Shown here: piece by piece, positions 1-7,852 of the stretch
Position numbering within the stretch: position 1 is the stretch's first letter
Layout of the letters: each line of letters starts with the position of its first letter
Source of the DNA: a bacterium
GTDB lineage: Bacteria > Hydrothermota > Tepidihabitantia > Tepidihabitantales > Tepidihabitantaceae
NCBI GenBank assembly: GCA_046484845.1
Contig: JAWOIB010000114.1
Coordinates: 1 to 43,575 of the forward strand
Length of the DNA stretch: 43,575 nucleotides
Reading direction: 5' to 3'
The notes under the pieces: model-generated
Databases searched by the model: none
Seen by the model: the letters and a program-made list of their open reading frames with translations, nothing else
Told to the model about the DNA's origin: nothing
Program-made: the position numbers and the translations under genes

Positions 1-1023
1 TTCCACGCGGCGGCTTACAAACACGTGCCGCTGATGGAATCGCATCCCGGCGAGGCCGTCAAGAACATCACGTTTGCCAGTCGCCTGTTGGCCGACACAG
101 CCCATCGGCACGGGGTTTCGTCCTTTGTCATGATCTCCACCGACAAGGCCGTCAATCCGACGAGCGTCATGGGGACCTGCAAGCGAGCCGCGGAATTGTA
201 CGTTCAGGCGTTGGCGCAGACCTCGACGACCTGCTTCGTGACGGTCCGCTTCGGCAACGTGTTGGATTCGGCGGGCAGCGTGATTCCGATTTTTCGCGAG
301 CAGATCGAGCGCGGCGGGCCGGTGACGGTGACCCATCCAGAGATGCGGCGGTACTTCATGACCATCCTCGAGGCATCGCAGTTGGTCCTTCAAGCCGGCG
401 CGATGGGCCGCGGCGGCGAGATCTTCGTGTTGGACATGGGCGAACCGGTCCAAGTTGTCGATCTGGCCCGCGACATGATCCGGCTGTCCGGACTGGAAGT
501 GGGCCAAGACATCGACATCGCCTTCACCGGCATTCGGCCGGGAGAGAAGTTGTTCGAAGAACTGCAATGCGACGGCGAGCGTAGACTGCCCACCAAGCAC
601 GCCAAGATCATGGAGATGCGGCAGCGCCTCGGCATCGACACGACCATCGTGACCCGCGACACTACCTATATCCTGAAGCGCGATGAGTTCGTGCTCTGTT
701 TCTCGGCGCTCGATGATACCGAACCGGACACGATGCTGTCCCTGCCCGTTACCGAGGGGAAGACCTGGAACGTCTGGGTGGACGGCGCCGAGAAGGTCGA
801 GGCGATGGTGCTGGGCAGGGAAGACGCGGTCGTCCCGGCCGGTACGTTCAGGGACTGTTGGAAGATGAAGTTCACCTACACCGGCCCGGACCCGGAGACG
901 CCGCTGATGCACTACTGGGTGGCTGACGGCGTGGGCACGGTCCGTCACCTGATGGAGCTGGAGACGCCGGAGTACACCAGCACGATCAACCTGAGGCTCA
1001 CGCACCACGATGTGAAGGACTGA
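1..1023 (+). CDS. 5'-truncated CapD/PglF/WbpM-type polysaccharide-biosynthesis nucleotide-sugar dehydratase (C-terminal half) that runs into an unrelated ~120-aa tail
   Basis: Frame 1 is open from base 1 and reads [13 protein letters not shown], the conserved CapD motif. Further CapD-like blocks follow: [34 protein letters not shown], and [10 protein letters not shown]. After about aa 205 the CapD similarity ends and codon usage changes (see findings). Confidence 0.6.
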   Translation, partial: FHAAAYKHVPLMESHPGEAVKNITFASRLLADTAHRHGVSSFVMISTDKAVNPTSVMGTCKRAAELYVQALAQTSTTCFVTVRFGNVLDSAGSVIPIFREQIERGGPVTVTHPEMRRYFMTILEASQLVLQAGAMGRGGEIFVLDMGEPVQVVDLARDMIRLSGLEVGQDIDIAFTGIRPGEKLFEELQCDGERRLPTKHAKIMEMRQRLGIDTTIVTRDTTYILKRDEFVLCFSALDDTEPDTMLSLPVTEGKTWNVWVDGAEKVEAMVLGREDAVVPAGTFRDCWKMKFTYTGPDPETPLMHYWVADGVGTVRHLMELETPEYTSTINLRLTHHDVKD

Positions 1024-1047
1024 TCCTTTTCCGCGCCTGTTCCCGGT

Positions 1048-1071
1048 ACGCCGGTCCCCGCGGGCCGGCGT
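1048..1071 (+). terminator. hairpin after the first ORF (ACGCCGG-N10-CCGGCGT)
   Basis: A 7-bp stem lies 25 nt after the stop at 1023. It is followed by UCCGUUCUG, which is only a weak U-tract. Confidence 0.35.
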
Positions 1072-1083
1072 TCCGTTCTGCCG

Positions 1084-1836
1084 GTGACCGGGGCGCAGGG
1101 AATCGGGCGGACCGAGGTCTATACCGGTGACGTTGATGGAGGTGCCAGGAGTCGTTTTGTCGTGACCGCGGCCTCGGCGGTGTTGTTCCTCGGTTGCGGC
1201 CGGTTCCAGCTTGCCGGCACCGCGGCGGAGGAGCCGGCCGAGCCGGCGCCGCCGAGCGTGGTGGTGTACGAGATTCACCACGAGCGGCCGGTGTATTACG
1301 TGGATACCGCCTGGGTGGAGCCGGAACCGGCGCCGGCCGAGACGGTGTTCGTGGTGGAGGAGTTCGAGACTTACATCGATGTGTGGGAGTCGGGCCGGCC
1401 GGTCCGGCGCGCGCGCCGGCCGGGCCACGCGGCCCCGCCCGCCCCGACGCGGCCGGACCGTTCGCGGTCGCCCGACCCGCGGCCGAACCCGAGACCGGAG
1501 CCGGATGAGCCGCCGCCGCGGGAGCGGCCGAGGCCGGTGGAGGCGCCGAGAACCGCCGAGTCGGTGCGGCCGGTGAGCCTGCCGGTGGGGCCGGGACCGC
1601 AGGAGCCGCCCGTGCCGTCGAAGCCGGCGGAACTGCCGGTGGCAGAGCGGCCGGAGCCGCCCGCGGAGCCGCTGACGCCGGCGGAGGCGACCCGGACGCC
1701 GGAGCAGGAGAGCCCGCCGCCGGCGAAGGCCGCGCCGGCGGAGGAGGAGAGTTCACCGCCGGTGAAAGCCGCGCCGGCGGAGCCGCCGAAGGGCGGGGAG
1801 TCGGAGCTGGCGCTGGGGCAGGCCGGGGCGAACTGA
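1084..1836 (+). CDS. Pro/Glu/Ala-rich putative lipoprotein (hypothetical)
   Basis: The frame has high GC3. The N-terminus reads RSRFVVTAASAVLFLGC, with a lipobox-like FLGC. A structured segment of about 60 aa is followed by a proline-rich low-complexity tail (PPAKAAPAEEESSPPVKAAPAEPP). The start is uncertain (GTG 1084 or GTG 1162). Confidence 0.45.
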   Translation: MTGAQGIGRTEVYTGDVDGGARSRFVVTAASAVLFLGCGRFQLAGTAAEEPAEPAPPSVVVYEIHHERPVYYVDTAWVEPEPAPAETVFVVEEFETYIDVWESGRPVRRARRPGHAAPPAPTRPDRSRSPDPRPNPRPEPDEPPPRERPRPVEAPRTAESVRPVSLPVGPGPQEPPVPSKPAELPVAERPEPPAEPLTPAEATRTPEQESPPPAKAAPAEEESSPPVKAAPAEPPKGGESELALGQAGAN

Positions 1837-1840
1837 GCGG

Positions 1841-2584
1841 TCAGTCGTATTCGACGCGGTCGAGGGTCAGGCCCTGGGCCGGGGCGGTGCGGTAGCCGAG
1901 GCCGGGCCTGCCGGCGAGCGCGGCCCGGATGTCGGCCAGCGTCAGCCGGCCCGCGCCGTAGGTGACCGCGGCCCCGACGATGCGGCGGACCATCTTGTAG
2001 AGGAAGCGGTCGCCGGTGACCGCGATTTCGATTTCATCCCCGGCCGTGTTGACCTCGATGCCCCGGACGGTGCAGGTGCCGGTGGCGTCGCGGGCCTGGC
2101 AGAGGGGCCGGAAGTCGCGGGTGCCGACAAACTCGGCCGCCGCGCGCCGGATGCGCGCGAGGTCCACCGGGTAGCGGAGTTCCCAGGCCCGGGCGTGGCG
2201 GAGCGGGGAGTGACCCCGGACGATGCGGTAGCGGTAGAGTTTGCCCCGGGCGCTGAACCGGGCGTGGAACCCGGGCGGGGCGGGCTCGACGAGTTTGACG
2301 TGGATGGCCGGGGGCAGGTGCTGGTTGAGCGCCCGGCGCCAGCGCTCGCAGGGGAGCTGGCGGGTGGCGGTGAAGTTGGCGACGTAGTTGCGGGCGGACA
2401 CGCCCGCGTCGGTGCGGCTGCAGCCGTGGACGACGGTCGGGGCGCCGTTGAGCCGGCCGGCCGCGGCCTGGAGCTCGGCCTGGACGGTCGGGCGGTTGGC
2501 CTGGTACTGCCAGCCGTGGTACCCGCCGCCGTCGTACTCGATGGTGAGCTTGAGGTTGATGGGCGGCCGGGCGCGGGCGTTCAT
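1841..2584 (-). CDS. truA: tRNA pseudouridine(38-40) synthase TruA
   Basis: Translation from ATG 2584 gives MNARARPPINLKLTIEYDGGGYHGWQYQ...GCSRTDAGVSA...GKLYRYRI...DRFLYKMVR, the TruA family pattern with the RTDAGV catalytic Asp. The ORF-track extension to 2962 overlaps the dksA-like gene and is Pro/Arg-rich junk. Confidence 0.9.
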   Translation of the reverse strand: MNARARPPINLKLTIEYDGGGYHGWQYQANRPTVQAELQAAAGRLNGAPTVVHGCSRTDAGVSARNYVANFTATRQLPCERWRRALNQHLPPAIHVKLVEPAPPGFHARFSARGKLYRYRIVRGHSPLRHARAWELRYPVDLARIRRAAAEFVGTRDFRPLCQARDATGTCTVRGIEVNTAGDEIEIAVTGDRFLYKMVRRIVGAAVTYGAGRLTLADIRAALAGRPGLGYRTAPAQGLTLDRVEYD

Positions 2585-2645
2585 CTCAGCGGGAGCGCGA
2601 CGGGTCGCGGCGGGCACGGCGCAGGAGCAGGGGATGTTCCCCGGC

Positions 2646-3200
2646 TTACTTCCTGAGGCAGACCATGCAGAAGTGCGCGTGCGGGACGACTTCGAGCCGG
2701 GCCTTGGGAATCGGCTTGCCGCAGGATTCGCAGATGCCGTAGGTGTCGTTCTCGATGCGCCTGAGCGCGTCGGTGATTTCCCGCATGATCGCGCCTTCCA
2801 TCTGTTTGAGCCGGGAGGCAACCTCAACCTGGTGGCTCTCGCCGCCGATTTCGGCGGCGTGGGTGCGCCGGGTCGGCTCGCCGCTGGTGGCGTCGGTGCC
2901 GCCGGATTCCATGATTTCGTCGGTGGCCCGGCCCTGGCGGAGTATCCGCCGCTTTTCTTCAAGCAGGGCTTGTTCGAACTCGCGGAGTTCCTTGCGGCTG
3001 TAGGGCGAGCGTATCAACCGGGCGGGTTTCGCGGGCGCGGTCCGCTTGCGCCCGGCGGCCGGTTTCTTCGGCGCGACGGGTTTCTTCGGGGCGGCGGCCT
3101 GCTTCCCACGGGCGGGCTTCTTCGGGGCGGTTTTCTTCCCGCGGGCCGGTTTCTTCGGGGCGGCGGCCTGTTGCTTTGGTTTCGGCTTTGGTTTCGTCAT
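2646..3200 (-). CDS. DksA/TraR-family C4 zinc-finger protein with a Lys/Pro/Ala-rich N-terminal tail
   Basis: The C-terminus has a CxxC-N17-CxxC finger (CESCGKPIPKARLEVVPHAHFCMVC) preceded by a coiled-coil-like region. A GGAGGAG Shine-Dalgarno sequence lies upstream. The start ATG overlaps the ileS stop (ATGA). The N-terminal ~60 aa consist of PKKPA-type repeats. Confidence 0.85.
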   Translation of the reverse strand: MTKPKPKPKQQAAAPKKPARGKKTAPKKPARGKQAAAPKKPVAPKKPAAGRKRTAPAKPARLIRSPYSRKELREFEQALLEEKRRILRQGRATDEIMESGGTDATSGEPTRRTHAAEIGGESHQVEVASRLKQMEGAIMREITDALRRIENDTYGICESCGKPIPKARLEVVPHAHFCMVCLRK

Positions 3201-6160
3201 TGTTTCTCCTCCCGGGCGAGAGCGAGCCGGACCTTAATGCCGTTCAGGTTGAACGCGCGCTCGGCGGCCGGCGGTTCGGAGCTGATGTTGAGCGTCAGGG
3301 TTTCGCGGGTGATGTACTCGCGGTGCGCGGCCAGCGCCTCGGCCAGCCGCTCGCGGCCCGGCTCGTCGTCGGCCGCGCAGAACAGGGTGATACGGTCGGT
3401 GACTTCGAGCCCGGCCTGCTTGCGCAGGTTCTGAATCTTGTTGACGAGTTCCCGGGCCAGGCCTTCGCTTTCGAGTTCGCGGGTGAGCCGGGTGTTGATG
3501 CCGACCGCCCGGGTGTCGTCCCGGGCAACTTCGTAGTCGGCCGGGAACTCCGCGCCGGGCTCGGTGAACAGGACCTCGCGGATGTTGAGTTCTTCCCGGA
3601 TGACGTCGGCGTGGCGGAGCCAGGCTTGCCGCTCCGCCTCGTCGGCCGCGGTGATGATGACCGCCGAGAGCGGCTGGCGGACCTTGAGCTTCGCCTTCTC
3701 CCGGGCGGAATGGCCGAGCGAGACCGCGGCCCGGACCATCCCGACCTCGCGCTCGAGCGCCTCGTTCACCCGGGAGGGGTCCGGCTCCGGGTACGGGCAG
3801 AGGTGGACCGATTCGGGCGCGGTCGGGTCGCAGGGCAGGACGAGGTTTCGGTAGATTTCCTCGGCGAGGAAGGGCATGAACGGCGCCAGCAGCCGGACCA
3901 GCCCTTCGAGGCAGGTGTAGAGCGTCTGGTACGCGGCCAGTTTGTCGTCGTCGCCGACTTCCCGGGCCGGCTTCCAGAACCGGCGCCGGTTGCGCCGGAC
4001 GTACCAGGTGGAGAGGTCGTCGATGAAGGCTTCCACCGCCCGGGGGACCGCCGAGGGGTCGTAGTCGTCGAGCCGTTCGTGGCAGAGCCGAACGAGCGAG
4101 TCGAGCCGGGAAATTATCCAGCGGTCGAGGAGCCGGAGCCGGTCCGCGGGCAGGTTGATTTCGGCCGGGTTGAGCCCGTCGATTTCGGCGTAGGTGACGA
4201 GGAAGCTGTAAACGTTCCAGAGCGTGAGCAGTTTGCGTTCGGCTTCGCGGCCGATGGCGTACCCGAAGCTGAGGTTCTGGGTCGGGTTGTTGTTGAGGAA
4301 CACCCAGCGCATGACGTCCGCGCCCATCCGGTCCGCGGCTTCCTCGAAGGGGATGGCGTTGCCGGCGGATTTGTGCATGTCCTGGCCGTGTTCGTCCTTG
4401 ACCAGCGCGTGGCCGAGCAGGGTTTTGAACGGGGCCTGCTTTTCGAGCACCGTGCTCATCGCCAGGATGGCGTAGAACCAGTTGCGGAACTGGCCGGGGA
4501 AGCATTCGGTGATGAAGTCGAACGGGAACCAGTCGCGCCAGTAGCCCGGGTCGGTGAGGTAATGGGTGGTCGAGAACGGGACGATGCCCGCGTCGAGCCA
4601 GGGGTTGCCGACGTCGCCGACCCGGCTGACTTCCGCCCCGCATTTCGGGCAGCGGATGCGGACTTCGTCCACCCAGGGCCGGTGCGGGCTGTGGCCGTCG
4701 AACCGCTCCCAGCCGGCGACCGCCCGCTCCCGGAGTTCTTCGCGGGAGCCGATGACCTCGAACCCGCCGCAGGCGCAGCGGTAGATGGGCAGGGCGAGGC
4801 CCCAGTAGCGCTTCTTGGAGATGCACCAGTCGGACATGTTGCGCAGCCAGTCGAGCTCGCGGTCGAGGCCGTAGCCGGGAAGCCAGCGTACCTGGCGGGC
4901 GGAGGCCATGATTTCCTCGCGCACCGGGTCCATGGCGATGAACCATTCGTCCACCAGCCGGAAGACCAGTTCGTCGCCGCAGCGCCAGCAGACCGGGTAG
5001 CGGTGGCGGAATTCTTCGACCTTGAACAGCCGGCCTTTCGCCTCGAGCCCGCGGAAGACGTCGGGCGCGACCTCGGCCGCGCCGCGGCCCGCGAACGGGC
5101 CGAACTCGGGCCGGAACCGGCCGTCTTCGTCGAGCGGGGCGATGACCGCGAGGCCGTGCTCCCGGCCGAGCAGGAAGTCTTCTTTGCCGCAGCCGGGCGC
5201 GATGTGGACGATGCCGGTGCCGTCGTCGGCGCTGACTTCGTCCCAGGGGATGACCCGGTGCTCGACGCCCTGCTGGGGGGCGAGCTCGTCGAACGGGCCG
5301 GCGTAGCGGAGCCCGATGAGCGCGCTGCCGGTCAGGCGCTCGACGACTTCCGCGCCCGGGCCGAGCAGGCCGAGCCGGGCCTCGGCGAGGATGAGCGTTT
5401 CGCCGTCGAGCCGGGCCCGGACGTAATCGAGCCCGGGATGGACCGCGGCCGCGGTGTTGGCGGTCAGGGTCCAGGGCGTGGTGGTCCAGACGAGCAGGGC
5501 CTCGCGCCCGCGGTCGGGGACCGGGAGCTTGAGGTACACCGCCTTGTGGGCAAGCTCGCGGTAGCCCTCGGTGGCGATTTCCATATCCGAGATGGCGGTG
5601 CCGCACCGGGAGCACCAGGGCATCACGTCGGTGCCCTCGTAGATGAGCCCGCGCTCGTGGCATTTCTTCAGGAAGTGCCAGATGGTGTAGTTGTTCTCGT
5701 CGGACATGGTGTAGTAGGAGTTGTCCCAGTCCATCCACTGGCCGAGCCGGACCGACTGCCGGGCCTGGATTGCGGAGTACTTGAGGACCCGCTCTTTGCA
5801 TTTCTCGACGAACCGGTCGATGCCGAAGGTCTCGATGTCGCGCTTGCACTTGAAGCCGAGTTCCTTTTCGACCTCGACCTCGACCCAGAGGCCCTGGCAG
5901 TCGAACCCGTTCTGCCAGCGCTGGTCGCGGCCCTGCATCGCCTGGTAGCGCTGGAACAGGTCCTTGATGGTCCGGCCCCAGGCGTGGTGGACGCCCATCG
6001 GGTTGTTGGCGGTTATCGGGCCGTCGAGGAACCGGAACTTGTCGCCGCCACGGTTGCGCTCGACGAGCCGACGGAAGAAGCCGCCTTCCTGCCAGAACGC
6101 GAGGATGCGCCGCTCGAGTTCGACATGGTCGGGCCGGCGGGGAACGGGCTGGAAGCGCAT
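3197..6160 (-). CDS. ileS: isoleucine--tRNA ligase
   Basis: The 987-aa product has class I aaRS signatures: PITANNPMGVHHAWGR (HIGH region) and DMHKSAGN (KMSKS region), plus editing-domain blocks. Overall it resembles the eukaryote-like type of bacterial IleRS. Confidence 0.95.
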   Translation of the reverse strand: MRFQPVPRRPDHVELERRILAFWQEGGFFRRLVERNRGGDKFRFLDGPITANNPMGVHHAWGRTIKDLFQRYQAMQGRDQRWQNGFDCQGLWVEVEVEKELGFKCKRDIETFGIDRFVEKCKERVLKYSAIQARQSVRLGQWMDWDNSYYTMSDENNYTIWHFLKKCHERGLIYEGTDVMPWCSRCGTAISDMEIATEGYRELAHKAVYLKLPVPDRGREALLVWTTTPWTLTANTAAAVHPGLDYVRARLDGETLILAEARLGLLGPGAEVVERLTGSALIGLRYAGPFDELAPQQGVEHRVIPWDEVSADDGTGIVHIAPGCGKEDFLLGREHGLAVIAPLDEDGRFRPEFGPFAGRGAAEVAPDVFRGLEAKGRLFKVEEFRHRYPVCWRCGDELVFRLVDEWFIAMDPVREEIMASARQVRWLPGYGLDRELDWLRNMSDWCISKKRYWGLALPIYRCACGGFEVIGSREELRERAVAGWERFDGHSPHRPWVDEVRIRCPKCGAEVSRVGDVGNPWLDAGIVPFSTTHYLTDPGYWRDWFPFDFITECFPGQFRNWFYAILAMSTVLEKQAPFKTLLGHALVKDEHGQDMHKSAGNAIPFEEAADRMGADVMRWVFLNNNPTQNLSFGYAIGREAERKLLTLWNVYSFLVTYAEIDGLNPAEINLPADRLRLLDRWIISRLDSLVRLCHERLDDYDPSAVPRAVEAFIDDLSTWYVRRNRRRFWKPAREVGDDDKLAAYQTLYTCLEGLVRLLAPFMPFLAEEIYRNLVLPCDPTAPESVHLCPYPEPDPSRVNEALEREVGMVRAAVSLGHSAREKAKLKVRQPLSAVIITAADEAERQAWLRHADVIREELNIREVLFTEPGAEFPADYEVARDDTRAVGINTRLTRELESEGLARELVNKIQNLRKQAGLEVTDRITLFCAADDEPGRERLAEALAAHREYITRETLTLNISSEPPAAERAFNLNGIKVRLALAREEKQ

Positions 6161-6198
6161 CGCCGTTACTTCAACGGTCGCCCGGGTTCCTCACCGTG

Positions 6199-7674
6199 TC
6201 AGCGCGCCCGGCCGGTGTTCTGGCCGTCGCGTTGGAACATCGGCCAGGACGACGCGGCCGGCCCGCCCAGCCCGCGTACCACCCAGGCGTAGTAGCCGTT
6301 GCCGAAGTAGATGTAGCCGGCGTCGTCGACCTTGGGCGCGGACATCAGGTCGTCCCAGGCGCCGAAGTCGAGCCCGACCGCCCAGCGGCGGCTGCCGTCG
6401 GCGTTGACCGCGTAGAGCGAATCGACGTCCTCGAATGCCCGGTCCCGGTCCTTCCGGCCGCCGCTGACGATGACGTACACGAGGCCCGCGCTGGAGACCG
6501 CCGGGGTCGAGAGGATGCCGGCGAGCGTGGGCTGAAACGTCCAGCTGGGCATGCCGTCGGCCGGGTTGAGCGCGACCAGCTTGCCCTCGGTGCCGATGTA
6601 GACGGTGCCGTCCGCCCCGATGACCGGCGAGGAGGGCGAGGGGCCGATTCGCTCGTCCCAGTCCGGGGTGAACGAGGTGAGGTTCAACGCGATGAGGGTG
6701 CCTTCCTCGTCCGCGACGTAGAGCCGGTTCCGGCCCGGGTCGAGCGCGGGCGAGGCGGAGATGGAGTTGCCGCCCATCACGTAGAGGTTCTTCTGCGCGC
6801 CGGAGCCGGGCTCGATCGCGAAGATGCTGCCTTCGTCGTTGCAGGCGTAGACCGTGCCGTCCGGGCCAATGACCGGCGAGGAGAAGCCGTTGCTGGGGAA
6901 GGACCAGCGCCGGGTGCCGTCCGGGCCGTAGGCGTAGAGCGAGTCGGAGACGGTCTGGATGTAGATGGCGCCGTCGCTGCCCAGCGCGGCGGTTGCCATC
7001 ACTTCGTCGCCGACGTTGCGGGTCCAGCGCCGGGTGCCGTCGGTGTTGAAGGCGTAGAGCGAGTCGTTCTCGCAGGCGATGTAGACCGTGCCGTCTTCGC
7101 TCAGGGTCGGGGCGGGGTAGAAGCCGTCGTAGTCCCGGGTGATGAATTCCTTGTCGCGCCGGCCCTCGGTGGTCCGGAACAGGAAGCCCCACTCGCTGCC
7201 GACGTAGGAGCGGCCGTCAGTGCCGAGCGCGAAGGTGTTGAAGCTGAAATCGGCCGAGTCCTCGGGTTCCTCCGGGTCGGGCAGGCCGAACCGGCGCAGC
7301 AACTCGCCCTCACCCACCTCGACGCGCAGGATGAACGGGTCGGACCATTCGCTGGCGCCACTGCGGGCGGTCTTGGCCCGGGCTCGGACGCTGAAGCTGC
7401 CGGTTAAGGTGTAGGTGTGGGTGTCCCCGAACGCGGCCGAGCCGGCCCGCAACGCAGACCATTCGGACTGGCTGCCGTCGCCCCAGTCGAACTGGAAGGC
7501 GACTTCGCCCGCCTCCGGGTCCGCGGTCCTGGTCGAGCAGGCGACAGTGGTGTTGCGGGCGGCGGAAGCCGGGCCCCAGGGTTGTTCGGGCGCGGCCGGC
7601 GGTTTGGGGCAGCCGGTAATGATGACGGCCAGCGCGACCAGCGCTGCCGGGAGTGTCAGCCGAAAGCTTTTCAT
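6199..7674 (-). CDS. lipoprotein with an N-terminal PKD-like domain and a PQQ/BamB-like beta-propeller
   Basis: The signal peptide and lipobox read MKSFRLTLPAALVALAVIITGC. A PKD-like module contains FDWGDGSQSEWS. Repeated 'DGTVY...LYA...DGT.RW' propeller blades follow. The C-terminal motif is WPMFQRDGQNTGRA. A GGAGGAAACA Shine-Dalgarno sequence precedes the ATG. Confidence 0.8.
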   Translation of the reverse strand: MKSFRLTLPAALVALAVIITGCPKPPAAPEQPWGPASAARNTTVACSTRTADPEAGEVAFQFDWGDGSQSEWSALRAGSAAFGDTHTYTLTGSFSVRARAKTARSGASEWSDPFILRVEVGEGELLRRFGLPDPEEPEDSADFSFNTFALGTDGRSYVGSEWGFLFRTTEGRRDKEFITRDYDGFYPAPTLSEDGTVYIACENDSLYAFNTDGTRRWTRNVGDEVMATAALGSDGAIYIQTVSDSLYAYGPDGTRRWSFPSNGFSSPVIGPDGTVYACNDEGSIFAIEPGSGAQKNLYVMGGNSISASPALDPGRNRLYVADEEGTLIALNLTSFTPDWDERIGPSPSSPVIGADGTVYIGTEGKLVALNPADGMPSWTFQPTLAGILSTPAVSSAGLVYVIVSGGRKDRDRAFEDVDSLYAVNADGSRRWAVGLDFGAWDDLMSAPKVDDAGYIYFGNGYYAWVVRGLGGPAASSWPMFQRDGQNTGRAR

Positions 7675-7751
7675 TGTTTCCTCCAGCGAGGCTCTATACC
7701 TCTATAAAATCAGAAGTTACACCAGGGCGCGATGCGCCGAGGGCAGCTAAG

Positions 7752-7779
7752 AGGATACTCTCAGGAGCCGGGCTGTCAA
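7752..7779 (-). promoter_or_regulatory. promoter TTGACA-N16-TATCCT upstream of 6199..7674 (about 75-nt leader with SD)
   Basis: The reverse complement of 7774..7779 is TTGACA, and the reverse complement of 7752..7757 is TATCCT. Confidence 0.5.
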
Positions 7780-7803
7780 CAGGATTGCTGTTTCGCCGAA
7801 AAG

Positions 7804-7833
7804 GCGGAAGGCCCGGCGAACCGGGCCTTCCGC
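7804..7833 (-). terminator. perfect 13-bp stem / 4-nt loop hairpin after the 7853..9691 gene
   Basis: The sequence is gcggaaggcccgg-cgaa-ccgggccttccgc. On the minus-strand transcript the loop is UUCG and the hairpin is followed by CUUUUC. Confidence 0.6.
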
Positions 7834-7852
7834 AAGGTCGGACAAAGCGGGG

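Noticed and set aside
998-1756. A 252-aa minus-strand Pro/Ala-rich ORF opposite the putative lipoprotein gene.
   Set aside because: It has no start context, signal or structured region. The plus-strand frame has a lipobox-like N-terminus and a non-repetitive segment. Both frames are proline-rich only because the DNA is CCG/CGG-rich.
3176-6292. A 1038-aa plus-strand ORF, together with the 871-aa minus-strand alternate frame at 3234..5849, overlapping ileS.
   Set aside because: It lies antisense to, or out of frame with, an unmistakable IleRS gene. The translations are Arg/Gly/Ala/Pro/Val/Asp-rich low-complexity sequence typical of stop-poor alternative frames in 70% GC DNA.
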